Assembly (NCBI RefSeq): GCF_036321535.1
Contig: NC_087436.1
Coordinates: 3,534,001-3,598,000 of the forward strand
Direction: 5' to 3'
Length of the DNA stretch: 64,000 nucleotides
DNA from: Camelus dromedarius
Taxonomy: Eukaryota
Below the pieces are notes generated by a model. It did not search any database and had not been told where the DNA came from. It saw nothing but the letters and a program-made list of their open reading frames with translations. The translations under genes and the position numbers were made by a program. Positions 35,856 through 50,718 of this stretch are shown piece after piece. The stretch's first letter is position 1. Each line of letters starts with the position of its first letter.

Positions 35856-38800
35856 AGTCTGTTTCCTTGTGCCGTTTTGAAGTTCCTGCAGTTTTCACTG
35901 TAAAACCGATTTGGAGCTAGTTCCTCCCCATATATATGTATGGAGTGGAGTTTGCAACTGAAAAGAATCTTTGTGTTCCCAACTATCTAGGTGAAGGACG
36001 GCTTTCACACACACTTATATATCAGAAATTAGCATGTGGAGAGACTTTCGTTCATCTAGCACAAAGGGATCGGGTTGCAGGGGAAACTATTACTCTGGTT
36101 TCTCAGTCTGTTTCCTAGTGCCGGTTTGAAGTTCCTGCAGTTTTCACTGTAAAACCGATTTGGAGCTAGTACCTCCCCATATATATGTATGAAGTGGAGA
36201 TTGCAACTGAAAAGAAACTTTGTGTTCCCATCGAGCTAGGTGAAGGTCGGCTTTCACACACACTTATCTCTCAGAACTGAGCAAGTGCCGAGACGTTCGT
36301 TCATCTAGCACAAAGGGGAAGGGTTGCATAAGAAACTTTTACTCTGGTATCTCAGTCTCTTTCCTAGTGCCGGTTTGAAGTTCCTGCAGTTTTCACTGTA
36401 AAACCGAGTTGGAGCTAGTACCTCCCCATATATATGTATGGAGTGGAGTTTGCAACGGAAAAGAAAATTTGTGTTCCCAACAAGCTGGTGAAGGACGGCT
36501 TTCACACACACTTATCTCTCAGAAATGAGCATGTGGAGAGACGTTCGTTCATCTAGCACAAAGGGAAAGTGTGGCAGGAGAAACTTTTACTCTGGTTTCG
36601 CAGTCTGTTTCCTAGGGCTGGTTTGAAGTTTCTGCAGTTTTCACTGTAAAACCGAGTTGGGGCTATAACCTCCCCATATATATGTATGGAGTGGAGTTTG
36701 CAACTGAAAAGAAATTATGTGTTCCAAAATAGCTAGGTGAAGGACGGCTTTCACACACAGTTATCACTCAGAACTGAGCATGTGGAGAGCCGTTCGTTCA
36801 TCTAGCAAAAAGTGAACGGGTTGCAGGAGAAACTTTTACTCTGTTTTCTCAGTCTGTTTCCTAGTGCCGTTTTGAAGTTCCTGCAGTTTTCACTGTAAAA
36901 CCGAGTTGGAGCTAGTACCTCCCCATATATATGTATGGAGTGGAGTTTGCAACTGAAAAGAAACTTTGTGTTCCCAACAATCTAGGTGAAGGACGGCTTT
37001 CACACACAGTTATCTCTCAGAACTGAGCATGTGGAGAGACGTTCGTTCATCTAGCACAAAGGGAACGGGTTGCAGGAGAAACTTTTACTCTGGTTTCTCA
37101 GTCTGTTTCCTAGGGCCAGTTTGAAGTTCCTGCAGTTTTCACTGTAAAAACGAGTTGGAGCTAGTACCTCCCCATATATATGTATGGAATGGAGTTTGCA
37201 AATGAAAAGAAACTTTGTGTTCCCAACAAGCTAGGTGAAGGACGGCTTTCACACACACTTATCTCTCAGAACTGGGCATGTGGAGAGACGTTCGTTCATC
37301 TAGCACAAAGGGAATGGGTTGCAGTTGAAAACGTTTCTCTTGATTCTCAGGCTGTTTCCTAGTGCCGGTTTAAAGTTCCTGCAGTTTTCACTGTTAAACC
37401 GTTTTGGAGCTATTACCTACCCATATATATGTATGGAGTGGGGTTTGAAACTGAAAAGAAACTTTGTGTTCCCAACAATCTAGGTGAAGGACGACTTTCA
37501 CACTCAATTATCTCTCAGAACTGAGCATGTGGAGAGATGTTCGTTCATCTAGCACAAAGGGAAAGGCTTGCAGGAGAAACTATTACTCTGGTATCTCAGT
37601 CTGTTTCCTAGTGCCGGTTTGAAATTCCTGCAGTTTCACTGTAAAACCGATTTGGAGCTAGTACCTCCCCATATATATGTATGGAATGGACTTTGCAACT
37701 GAAAAGAAACTTTGTGTTCCCAACAAGCTAGGTGAAGGACGGCTTTCACACACACATATCTCTCAGAACTGAGCATGTGCAGAGACGTTCGTACATCTAG
37801 CAGAAAGGGAACGGTTTGCAGGAGAAACTTTTACTTTGGTTTCTCAGTCTGTTTCCTAGTTCCGGTTTGATGTTCCTGCAGTTTTCACTGTAAAACTGTG
37901 TTGGAGCTATTACCTCCCCATATATATGTATGGAGTTGAGTTTGCAACTGAAAAGAACTTTTGTGTTCCCAACAAGCTAGGTGAAGGACGGCTTTCACAC
38001 ACACTTATCTCTCAGAACTGAGCATGTGGAGAGACGTTCGTTCATCTAGCATAAAGGGAACGGGATGCAGGAGAAACTTTTACTCTGGATTCTCAGTCTG
38101 TTTCCTAGTGCCGGTTTTAAGTTCCTGCAGTTTTCACTGTTAAACCTAGTTGGAGCTAGTACCTACGCATATATATGTATGGATTTGAGTTTATAACTAA
38201 AAAGAAACTTTGTGTTCCCAGCAATATAGGTGAAGGATGGCTTTCACACACAATTATCTCTCAGAACTGAGCATGTGGAGAGACGTTCGTTCACCTAGCA
38301 CAAAGGGAACGGGTTGCAGGAGAAACTTTTACTCTGGTTTCTCTAGTCTGTTTCCTAGGGCCGGTTTGAAGTTCTAGCAGTTTTCACTGTAAACCCGAGT
38401 TGGAGCTAGTACCCCCCCTTATATATGTATGGAGTGGTGTTTGCAACTGAAAAAAACTTTGTGTTCCCAACAATCTAGGTGAAGGACGGCTTTCACACAC
38501 ACTTATTTCTCAGAACTGAGCATGTGGAGAGACGTTCGTTCATCTAGCACAAAGGCAACGGGTTGCAGGAGAAACTTTACTCTGGTTTCTCAGTCTGTTT
38601 CCTAGGGCCAGTTTGAAGTTCCTGCAGTTTCACTGTAAAACCGATTTGGAGCTAGTACCTCCCCATATATACGTATGGAATGGAGTTTGCAACTAAAAAG
38701 AAACTTTGTGTTCCCAACAAGCTAGGTGAAGGACGGCTTTCACACACACATATCTCTCAGAACTGAGCATGTGCAGAGACGTTCGTACATCTAGCAGAAA

Positions 38801-40550
38801 GGGAACGGTTTGCAGGAGAAACTTTTACTTTGGTTTCTCAGTCTGTTTCCTAGTTCCTGTTTGATGTTCCTGCAGTTTTCACTGTAAAACAGTGTTGGAG
38901 CTAGTACCTCCCCATATATATGTATGGAGTGGAGTTTGCAAGTGAAAAGAAACATTGTGTTCCCAACAATCTAGGTGAAGGACGGCTTTCACACTCAATT
39001 ATCTCACAGAATTGAGCATGTGGAGAGATGTTCGTTCATCTAGCACAAAGGGAACGGGTTGTAGGAAAAACTTTTACTCTGGTTTCTCAGTCGGTTTCCT
39101 AGTGACGGTTTGAAGTTCCTGCAGTTTTCACAGTAATACAGAGTTGGATCTTGTACCTCCCCATATATATGTATGGATTGGAGTTTGCAACTGATAAGAA
39201 ACTTTGTGTTCCCAACAAGCTAAGTGAAGGACGGCTTTCAAACACACTTATCTCTGAGAACTGAGCATTTGGAGAGACGTTCGTTCATCTAGCAAAAAGG
39301 GAACGGGTTGCAGGAGAAACTTTTACTCTGGTATCTCAGTCTGTTTCCTAGGGCCAGGTTGAAGTTCCTGCAGTTTTCACTGTAAAACCGATTTGGAGCT
39401 AGTACCTCCCCATATATATGTATGGAGTTGAGTTTGCAAATGAAAAGAAACTTTGTGTTCCCAACAAGCTAGGTGAAGGACGGCTTTCACACACACTTAT
39501 CTCTCAGAACTGAGCATGTGGAGAGACGTTCGTTCATCTAGCAAAAAGGGAACGGGATGCAGGAGAAACTTTTACTCTGGATTCTCAGTCTGTTTCCTAG
39601 TGCCGGTTTAAAGTTCCTGCAGTTTTCACTGTTAAACCTAGTTGGAGCTAGTACCTACCCATATATATGTATGGATTTGAGTTAGTAACTGAAAAGAAAC
39701 TTTGTGTTCCCAGCAATCTAGTTGAAGGATGGCTTTCACACACAATTATCTCTCAGAAGTGAGCATGTGGAGAGACGTTCGTTCATGTAGCACAAAGAGA
39801 ACGCGTTGCAGGAAAAACTTTTACTCTGGTTTCTCAGTCTGTTTCCTAGTGCCGGTTTGAAGTTCCTGCAGTTTTCACTGTTAAAACTAGTTGGAGCTAG
39901 TACCTACCCATATATATGTATGGAGTGGATTTTGCAAGTGAAAAGAAACATTGTGTTCCCAACAATGTAGGTGAAGTACGGCTTTCACACTCAATTATCT
40001 CACAGAACTGAGCATGTGGAGAGATGTTCGTTCATCTAGCACAAAGGGAACGGGTTGCAGGAAAAACTTTTACTCTGGTTTCTCAGTCGGTTTCCTAGTG
40101 ACGGTTTGAAGTTCCTGCAGTTTTCACAGTAATACAGAGTTGGATCTTGTACCTCCCCATATATATGTATGGATTGGAGTTTGCAAATGAAAAGAAAGTT
40201 TGTGTTACCAACAATGTAGGTGAAGGACGGCTTTCACACTCAATTATCTCACAGAACTGAGCATGTGGAGAGATGTTCGTTCATCTAGCACAAAGGGAAC
40301 GGGTTTCAGGTGAAACTTTTACTGTGGTTTCTCAGTCTGTTTCCTAGTGCCGGTTTAAAGTTCCTGCAGTTTTCACTGTAAAATCGAGTTGGAGCTAGTA
40401 CTTCCCCATATATATCTATGGAGTGGAGTTTGAAACTGAAAAGAAAGTTTGTGTTCCCAACAAACTAGGTGAAGAAGGGCTTTCACACACAGTTATCTCT
40501 CAGAACTGAGCATGTGGAGAGACGTTCGTTCATCTAGCACAAAGGGAACG
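35856..40550. repeat. More diverged transitional satellite zone with short 4- and 6-monomer-offset duplications
   Basis: Many private substitutions and 1-bp deletions; cagtttcact at 37631/38625 (+994), cgggatgcag at 38061/39553 (+1492), agtgacggtt at 39101/40097 (+996). Confidence 0.7.
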
Positions 40551-43500
40551 GGTTGCAGGAGAAACTTTTACTCTGTTTTCTCAGTCTGTTTCCTAGTCCC
40601 GTTTTGAAGTTCCTGAATTTTTCACTGTAAAACCGAGTTTTAGCTAATACCTCCCCTTATATATGTATGGAGTGGAGTTTGTAACTGAAAAGAAACTTTG
40701 TATTAGCAACAAGCTATGTGAAGGATGGCTTCACACCCACATATCTCTCAGAAATGAGCATGTGGAGAGACGTTCATTCACCTAGCACAAAGGGAACGGG
40801 TTGCATGAGAAACTTTTACTCTGGTTTCTCTAGTCTGTTTCCCAGGGCCGGTTTGAAGTTCCAGCAGTTTTCACTGTAAAACCGAGTTGGAGCTAGTACC
40901 CCCCCCTATATATGTATGGAGTGGAGTTTGCAACTGAAAAGAAACTTTGTGTTCCCAACAAGCTAGGTGAAGGACGGGTTTCACACACACTTATCTCTCA
41001 GAACTGAGCATGTGGAAAGACGTTCGTTCATCTAGCACAAAGGGAACGGGTTGCAGGAGAAACTTTTACTCTGGTTTCTCAGTCTGTTTCCTAGTGCCGG
41101 TTTGAATTTCCTGCATTTTTCACTGTATAACCGTGTTGGAGCTTGTACCTCCCCTTATATATGTATGGAGTGGAGTTTGTAACTGAAAAGAAACTTTGTT
41201 TTAACAACAAGCTAGGTGAAATACGGCTTTCACACACACTTATCTCTCAGAAATGAGCATGTGGAGAGACGTTCGTTCACCTAGCACAAAGGAAACGGGT
41301 TGCAGGAGAATCTTTTACTCTGGTTTCTCAGTCTGTTTCCTAGTGCCAGTTTGAAGTTCCTGCAGTTCTCTGTGTCAAACCGAGTTGGAGCTAGTACCTC
41401 CCCTTACATATATATGGAGTGGAGTTTGCAACTGAAAAGAAACTTTGTGTTAACAACAAGCTAGGTGAAGGACGGCTTCACACACACTTATCTCTCAGAA
41501 ATGAGCATGTGGAGAGACGTTCGTTCACCTAGCACAAAGGGAACGGGTTGCAGGAGAAACTTTTACTCTGGTTTCTCAGTCTGTTTCCTAGGGCCGGTTT
41601 GAAGTTCCTGCAGTTTTCACTGTAAATCCGAGTTGGTGCTAGTACCTCCCCATATATATTTATGGAGTGGAGTTTGCAACTGAAAAGAAACTTTGTGTTC
41701 CCAGCAAGCTAGGTGAAGGGAGGCTTTCACACACACTTATCTCTCAGAACTGAGCATGTGGAGATACTTTCTTTCATCTAGCACAAAGGGAACGGTTTGC
41801 AGGAGAATCATTTACTCTGGTTTCTCAGTCTGTTTCCTACTGCCTGTTTGAAGTTCCTGCAGTTTTCACTGTAAAATCGAGTTGAAGCTAGTACTTCCCC
41901 ATATATATGTATGGAATGGGGTTTGCAACTGAAAAGAAAATTTGTGTTCCCAACAAGCTAAGTGAAGGACGGCTTTCACACACTTATCTCTCAGAACTGA
42001 GCATGTGGAGAGACGTTCGTTCATCTAGCAAAAAGGGAACGGTTTGCAGGAGAAACTTTTACCCTGGTTTCTCTGTCTGTTTCCTAGGGCCAGTATGAAG
42101 TTCCTGCAGTTTTCACTGTAAAACCGAGTTGGAGCTTGTACCCCCCCAAATATATGTATGGAGTGGAGTTTGCAACTGAAAAGGAACTTTGTGTTCCCAA
42201 CAAGCTAATTGAAGGACGGCTTTCACACACACTTTTCTCTCAGAACAGAGCATGTGGAGAGACGTTCGTTCATCTAGCACAAAAGGAACGGGTTGCAGGA
42301 GAAACTTTTTCTCTGGTTTCTCAGTCTGTTTCCTAGTGCCTTTTTGAAGTTCCTGCAGTTTTCACTGTAAAACAGAGTTGGAGCTAATACCTCCCCATAT
42401 ATATGTATGTAGTGGTGTATGCAACTGAAAAGAAACTTTGTATTCCCAACAAGCTATGTGAATGTCGGCTTTCACACACACATATCTCTCAGAACTGAGC
42501 ATGTGGAGAGACGTTCGTTCATCTAGCACAAAGGGAACGCGTTGCAGGTGAAACTTTTACTCTGTTTTCTCAGTCTGTTTCCTAGGGCCAGTTTGAAGTT
42601 CCTGCAGTTTACACTGTAAAAACGAGTTGGAGATAGTACCTCCCCATATATATGTATGGAGTGGAGTTTGCAACTGAAAAAAACTTTGTGTTCCCAACAA
42701 GCTAGGTGAAGGACGGCTTTCACACACAATTATCTCTCAGAACTGAGCATGTGGAGAGACGTTCGTTCATCTAGCACAAAAGGATCGGGTTGCAGGAGAA
42801 ACTTTTACTCTGGTTTCTCAGTCTGTTTCCTAGTTCCGGTTTGAAGTTCCTGCAGTTTTCACTGTAAAACCGAGTTGGAGCTAGTACCTCCCCTTATATA
42901 TGTATGGAGTGGAGTTTGCAACTGAAAAAAGTCTTTGTGTTAACAACAAGCTAGGTGAAGTACGGCTTTCACACACACTTATCTCTCAGAAATGAGCATG
43001 TGGAGAGACGTTCGTTCATCTAGCACAAAGGGAACGGGTTGCAGGAGAAACTTTTACTCTGGTTTCTCAGTCTCTTTCCTATTGCCGGTATGAAGTTCCT
43101 TCAGTTTTCACTGTAAAACCGAGTTGGATCTAGTACCTCTAGATATATATGTGTGGAGTGGAGTTAGCAATTGAAAAGGAACTTTGTGTTCCCAACAAGC
43201 TAGGTGAAGGACGGCTTTCACACACAATTTTCTCTCAGAACTGAGCATGTGGTGAGACGTTCGTTCATCTAGCACAAAAGGAATGGGTTGCAGGAGAAAC
43301 ATTTTCTCTCGTTTCTCAGTCTGTTTCCTAGTGCCTGTTTGAAGTTCCTGCAGTTTTCACTGTAAAACAGAGTTGGAGCTAATAACTTCCCCATATATAT
43401 GTATCTAGTGGTGTATGCAACTGAAAAGAAACTTTGTATTCCCAACAAGCTAGGTGAAGGTCGACTTTCACACACACATATCTCTAAGAACTGAGCATGT

Positions 43501-46500
43501 GGAGAGACGTTCGTTCATCTAGCACAAAAGGAACGGGTTGCAGGAGAAACTTTTACTCTGGTTTCTCAGTCTGTTTCCTAGTGCCGGTTGGAAGTTCCTG
43601 CAGTTTTCATTGTAAAACCGAGTTTGAGTTTGTACCACCCCATATATTTGTATGGAGCGGGGTTTGCAACTGAAAAGAAACTTTGTGTTCCCAACAAGTT
43701 AGTTGAATGACGGCATTCACACACACATATCTCTCAGGAATGAGCATGGGGAGACACGTTCGTTCATCTAGCACAAAGGGAACGGGTTGCAGGAGAAACT
43801 TTTACTCTGGTTTCTCAGTCTGTTTCCTAGTGCCGGTTTGAATTTCCTGAATTTTTCACTGTAAAACCGAGTTTTAGCTAATACCTCCCCTTATATATAT
43901 ATGGAGTGGAGTTTGCAACTGAAAAGAAACTTTGTGTTAACAACAACTAGGGGAAGGACGGCTTTCACACCCACTTATCTCTCAGAAATGAGCATGTGGA
44001 GATACGTTCGTTCACCTAGCACAAAGGGAACGGGTTGCAGGAGAAACTTTTACTCTAGTTTCTCAGTCTGTTTCCTAGGGCCGGTTTGGAGTTCCTGCAG
44101 TTTTCACTGTAAAATCGAGTTGGAGCTAGTACCTCCCCATATATATATATGAAGTGGAGTTTGCAACTGAAAAGAAACTTTGTGTTCCCAACAAGCTAGG
44201 TGAAGTACGGCTTTCACACACTTATCTCTCAGAACTGAGCATGTGCAGAGACGTTCGTACATCTAGCAGAAAGATAACGGTTTGCGTGAGAAGCTTTTAC
44301 TTTGGTTTCTCAGTCTCTTTCCTAGTCCCGGTCTGAAGTTCCTGCAGTTTTCACTGTAAAACCGTGTTGGAGCTAGTACATCCCCATATATATGTATGGA
44401 TTTGAGTTTGCAAATGAAAAGAAACTTTGTGTTCCCAACAAGCTAGGTGAAGGACGGCTTTCACACACACTTATCTCTCAGAACTGAGCATGTGGAGAGA
44501 CGTTCGTTCATCTAGCACAAAAGGAACGGGTTGCAGGAGAAACTTTTACTCTGGAATCTCAGTCTGTTTCCTAGGGCTAGTTTGAAGATTCTGCAGTTTT
44601 CACTGTAAAACCGATTTGGAGCTAGTACCTACACATATATATGTATGGAGTGGAGTTTGCAAGTGAAAAGAAACTTTGTGTTCCCAACAAGCTAGGTGAA
44701 GGACGGCTTTTAAACACACTTATCTCTCAGAACTGAGCATGTGCAGAGACGTTCGTTCATCTAGCACAAAGGGAACGGGTTGCAGGAGAAACTTTTACTC
44801 TGGTTTCTCAGTCTGTTTCCTAGTGCCGGGTTGAAGTTCCTGCAGTTTTCACTGTAAACCGAGTTGGAGCTAGTACCTCCCCATAGATATGTATCTAGTT
44901 GAGTTTGCAACTGAAAAGAAACTTTGTATTCCCAACAAGCTAGGTGAAGGACGGCTTTCAAACACAATTATCTCTCAGAACTGAGCATGTGGAGAGACGT
45001 TCGTTCATCTAGCACAAAGGGAACGGGTTGCAGGGGAAACTTTGACTCTGGTTTCTCATTCTGTTTTCTAATGCCGGTTTGAAGTTCCTGCAGTTTTCAC
45101 TGTAAAATCGAGTTGGAGCTAGTACTTCCCATATATATGTATGGAGTGGAGTTTGCAACTGAAAAAAACTTTGTGTTCCCAACACGCTAAGTGAAGGACG
45201 GCTTTCACACAATTATCTCTCAGAACTGAGCATGTGGAGAGACGTTCGTTCATCCAGCAAAAAGGGAACCGGTTGCAGGAGAAACTTTTACTCTGGTTTC
45301 TCTGTCTTTTTCCTAGGGCCAGTATGAAGTTCCTGCAGTTTACACTGTAAAACCGAGTTGGAGCTTGTACCCCCCCATATATATGTATGGCGTGGAGTTT
45401 GCAAGTGAAAAGAAACTTTCTGTACCCAACAATATAGGTGAAGGACGGCTTTCCCACACACTTATCTCTCAGAACTGAGAATGTGGAGAGACTTTCGTTC
45501 ATCTAGCACAAAGGGAACGGGTTGCATTAGAAACTTTTTCTCTGGTTTCTCAGTCTGTTTCCTAGTGCCGGTGTGAAGTTCCTGCAGTTTTCACTGTAAA
45601 AACGAGTTGGAGCTAGTACCTCCCCATATATATGTATGGAATGGAGTTTGCAACTGAAAAGAATCTTTGTGTTCCCAACAAGCTAGGTGAAGGACGGCTT
45701 TCACACACATTTATCTCTCAGAACTGAGCATGTGGAGAGACGTTCGTTCATCTAGCACAAAAGGATCGGGTTGCAGGAGAAACTTTTACTCTGGTTTCTC
45801 AGTCTGTTTCCTTGTTCCGGTTTGAAGTTCCTGCAGTTTTCACTGTAAAACCGAGTTGGAGCTAGTACCTCCCCTTATATATGTATGGAGTGGAGTTTGC
45901 AACTGAAAAGAGACTTTGTGTTAACAACAAGCTAGGTGAAGTACGGCTTTCACACACACTTATCTCTCAGAAATGAGCATGTGGAGAGACGTTCGTTCAT
46001 CTAGCACAAAGGGAACGGGTTGCAGGAGAAACTTTTACTCTGGTTTCTCAGTCTGTTTCCTATTGCCGGTATGAAGTTCCTCAGTTTTCACTGTAAAACC
46101 GAGTTGGATCTAGTACCTCTCCATATATATGTGTGGAGTGGAGTTAGCAATTGAAAAGGAACTTTGTGTTCCCAACAAGCTAGGTGAAGGACGGCTTTCA
46201 CACACAATTTTCTCTCAGAACTGAGCATGTGGTGAGACGTTCGTTCATCTAGCACAAAAGGAACGGGTTGCAGGAGAAACATTTTCTCTGGATTCTCAGT
46301 CTGTTTCCTAGTGCCTGTTTGAAGTTCCTGCAGTTTTCACTGTAAAACAGAGTTGGAGCTAATAACTTCCCCATATATATGTATGTATTGGTGTATGCAA
46401 CTGAAAAGAAACTTTGTATTCCCAACAAGCTAGGTGAAGGTCGGCTTTCACACACACATATCTCTAAGAACTGAGCATGTGGAGAGACGTTCCTTCATCT

Positions 46501-49500
46501 AGCACAAAAGGAACGGGTTGCAGGAGAAACTTTTACTCTGGTTTCTCAGTCTGTTTCCTAGTGCCGGTTGGAAGATCCTGCAGTTTTCATTGTAAAACGG
46601 ATTTTGAGTTTGTACCACACCATATATTTGTATGGAGCGGAGTTTGCAACTGAAAAGAAACTTTGTGTTCCCAACAAGTTAGTTGAATGACGGCATTCAC
46701 ACACACATATCTCTCAGGAATGAGCATGTGGAGACACGTTCGTTCATCTAGCACAAAGGGAACGGGTTGCAGGAGAAACTTTTACTCTGGTTTCTCAGTC
46801 TGTTTCCTAGTGCCGGTTTGAATTTCCTGAATTTTTCACTGTAAAACCGAGTTTTAGCTAATACCTCCCCTTATATATGTATGGAGTGGAGTTTGCAACT
46901 GAAAAGAAACTTTGTGTTAACAACAAGCTAGGGGAAGGACGGCTTTCACACCCACTTATCTCTCAGAAATGAGCATGTGGAGATACGTTCGTTCACCTAG
47001 CACAAAGGGATCGGGTTGCAGGAGAAACTTTAACTCTGGTTTCTCAGTCTGTTTCCTAGTGCCGGTTTGAAGTTCCTGCAGTTTTCACTGTAAAACCGAG
47101 TTGGAGCTAGTACCTCCCCATATATATGTATGGCGTGGAGTTTGCAACTGAAAAGAAAGTTTGTGTTCCCAACAAGCTAGGTGAAGGACGGCTTTTACAC
47201 ACAATTATCTCTCAGAACTGAGCATGTGCAGAGACGTTCGTACATCTAGCAGAAAGATAACGGTTTGCGTGAGAAACTTTTACTTTGGTTTCTCAGTCTC
47301 TTTCCTAGTGCCGGTCTGAAGTTCCTGCAGTTTTCACTGTATAACCGTGTTGGAGCTAGTACATCCCCATATATATGTATGGATTTGAGTTTGCAAATGA
47401 AAAGAAACTTTGTGTTCCCAACAAGCTAGGTGAAGGACGGCTTTCACACACACTTATCTCTCAGAACTGAGCATGTGGAGAGACGTTCGTTCATCTAGCA
47501 CAAAAGGAACGGGTTGCAGGAGAAACTTTTACTCTGGAATCTCAGTGTGTTTCCTAGGGCTGGTTTGAAGATTCTGCAGTTTTCACTGTAAAACCGATTT
47601 AGAGCTAGTACCTACACATATATATGTATGGAGTGGAGTTTGCAACTGAAAAGAAACTTTGTGTTCCCAACAAGCTAGGTGAAGGACGGCTTTCACACAC
47701 ACTTATCTCTCAGAACTGAGCATGTGCAGAGACGTTCGTTCATCTAGCACAAAGGAACGGGTTGCAGGAGAAACTTTTACTCTGGTTTCTCAGTCTGTTT
47801 CCTAGTGCCGGGTTGAAGTTCCTGCAGTTTTCACTGTAAACCGAGTTGGAGCTAGTACTTCCCCATAGATATGTATCTAGTTGAGTTTGCAACTGAAAAG
47901 AAACTTTGTAATCCGAACAAGCTAGGTGAAGGACGGCTTTCAAACACAATTATCTCTCAGAACTGAGCATGTGGAGAGACGTTCGTTCATCTAGCACAAA
48001 AGGAACGGGTTGCAGGGGAAACTTTGACTCTGGTTTCTCATTCTGTTTTCTAATGCCGGTTTGAAGTTCCTGCAGTTTTCACTGTAAAATCGAGTTGGAG
48101 CTAGTACCTCCCCATATATATGTATGGAGTGGAGTTTGCAACTGAAAAAAACTTTGTGTTCCCAACACGCTAAGTGAAGGACGGCTTTCACACAATTATC
48201 TCTCAGAACTGAGCATGTGGAGAGACGTTCGTTCATCCAGCAAAAAGGGAACCGGTTGCAGGAGAAACTTTTACTCTGGTTTCTCAGTCTGTTTCCTAGT
48301 GCCGGTGTGAAGTTCCTGCAGTTTTCACTGTAAAAACGAGTTGGAGCTAGTACCTCCCCATATATATGTATGGAATGGAGTTTGCAACTGAAAAGAATCT
48401 TTGTGTTCCCAACAAGCTAGGTGAAGGACGGCTTTCACACACATTTATCTCTCAAAACTGAGCATGTGGAGAGACGTTCGTTCATCTAGCACAAAAGGAT
48501 CGGGTTGCAGGAGAAACTTTTACTCTGGTTTCTCAGTCTGTTTCCTAGTTCCGGTTTGAAGTTCCTGCAGTTTTCACTGTAAAACCGAGTTGGAGCTAGT
48601 ACCTCCCCTTATATATGTATGGAGTGGAGTTTGCAACTGAAAAGAGACTTTGTGTTAACAACAAGCTAGGTGAAGTACGGCTTTCACACACAATTTTCTC
48701 TCAGAACTGAGCATGTGGTGAGACGTTCGTTCATCTAGCACAAAAGGAACGGGTTGCAGGAGAAACATTTTCTCTGGTTTCTCAGTCTGTTTCCTAGTGC
48801 CTGTTTGAAGTTCCTGCAGTTTTCACTGTAAAACAGAGTTGGAGCTAATAACTTCCCCATATATATGTATGTATTGGTGTATGCAACTGAAAAGAAACTT
48901 TGTATTCCCAACAAGCTAGGTGAAGGTCGGCTTTCACACACACATATCTCTAAGAACTGAGCATGTGGAGAGACGTTCCTTCATCTAGCACAAAAGGAAC
49001 GGGTTGCAGGAGAAACTTTTACTCTGGTTTCTCAGTCTGTTTCCTAGTGCCGGTTGGAAGATCCTGCAGTTTTCATTGTAAAACGGAGTTTGAGTTTGTA
49101 GCACCCCATATATTTGTATGGAGCGGAGTTTGCAACTGAAAAGAAACTTTGTGTTCCCAACAAGTTAGTTGTATGACGGCATTCACACACACATATCTCT
49201 CAGGAATGAGCATGTGGAGACACGTTCGTTCATCTAGCACAAAGGGAACGGGTTGCAGGAGAAACTTTTACTCTGGTTTCTCAGTCTGTTTCCTAGTGCC
49301 GGTTTGAAGTTCCTGAATTTTTCACTGTAAAACCGAGTTTTAGCTAATACCTACCCTTATATATGTATGGAGTGGAGTTTGCAACTGAAAAGAAACTTTG
49401 TGTTAACAACAAGCTAGGGGAAGGACGGCTTTCACACCCACTTATCTCTCAGAAATGAGCATGTGGAGATACGTTCGTTCACCTAGCACAAAGGGATCGG

Positions 49501-50718
49501 GTTGCAGGAGAAACTTTAACTCTGGTTTCTCAGTCTGTTTCCTAGTGCCGGTTTGAAGTTCCTGCAGTTTTCACTGTAAAACCGAGTTGGAGCTAGTACC
49601 TCCCCATATATATGTATGGCGTGGAGTTTGCAACTAAAAAGAAAGTTTGTGTTCCCAACAAGCTAGGTGAAGGACGGCTTTTACACACACTTATCTCTCA
49701 GAACTGAGCATGTGCAGAGACGTTCGTACATCTAGCAGAAAGATAACGGTTTGCGTGAGAAACTTTTACTTTGGTTTCTCAGTCTCTTTCCTAGTGCCGG
49801 TCTGAAGTTCCTGCAGTTTTCACTGTAAAACCGTGTTGGAGCTAGTACATCCCCATATATATGTATGGATTTGAGTTTGCAAATGAAAAGAAACTTTGTG
49901 TTCCCAACAAGCTAGGTGAAGGACGGCTTTCACAGACACTTATCTCTCAGAACTGAGCATGTGGAAAGAGGTTCGTTCATCTAGCACAAAAGGAACGGGT
50001 TGCAGGAGAAACTTTTACTCTGGAATCTCAGTCTGTTTCCTAGGGCTGGTTTGAAGATTCTGCAGTTTTCACTGTAAAACCGATTTTTAGCTAGTACCTA
50101 CACATATATATGTATGGAGTGGAGTTTGCAACTGAAAAGAAACTATGTGTTCCCAACAAGCTAGGTGAAGGACGGCTTTCACACACACTTATCTCTCAGA
50201 ACTGAGCATGTGCAGAGACGTTCGTTCATCTAGCACAAAGGGAACGGGTTGCAGGAGAATCTTTTACTCTGGTTTCTCAGTCTGTTTCCTAGGGCCAGTT
50301 TGAAGTTCCTGCAGTTTTCACTGTAAAACTTAGTTGGAGCTAGTACCTCCCCATATATATGAATGGAGTGGAGTTTGCAACTGAAAAGAATCTTTGTGTT
50401 CCCAACAAGCTAGGTGAAGGACGGCTTTCACACACAGTTATCTCTCAGAACTGAGCATGTGGAGAGACGTTCGTTCATCTAGCACAAAAGGATCGGGTTG
50501 CAGGAGAAACTTTTACTCTGGTTTCTCAGTCTGTTTCCTAGTTCCGGTTTGAAGTTCCTGCAGTTTTCACTGTAAAACCGAGTTGAAGCTAGTACCTCCC
50601 CTTATATATGTATGGAGTGGAGTTTGCAACTGAAAAGAGACTTTGTGTTAACAACAAGCTAGGTGAAGTACGGCTTTCACACACACTTATCTCTCAGAAA
50701 TGAGCATGTGGAGAGACG

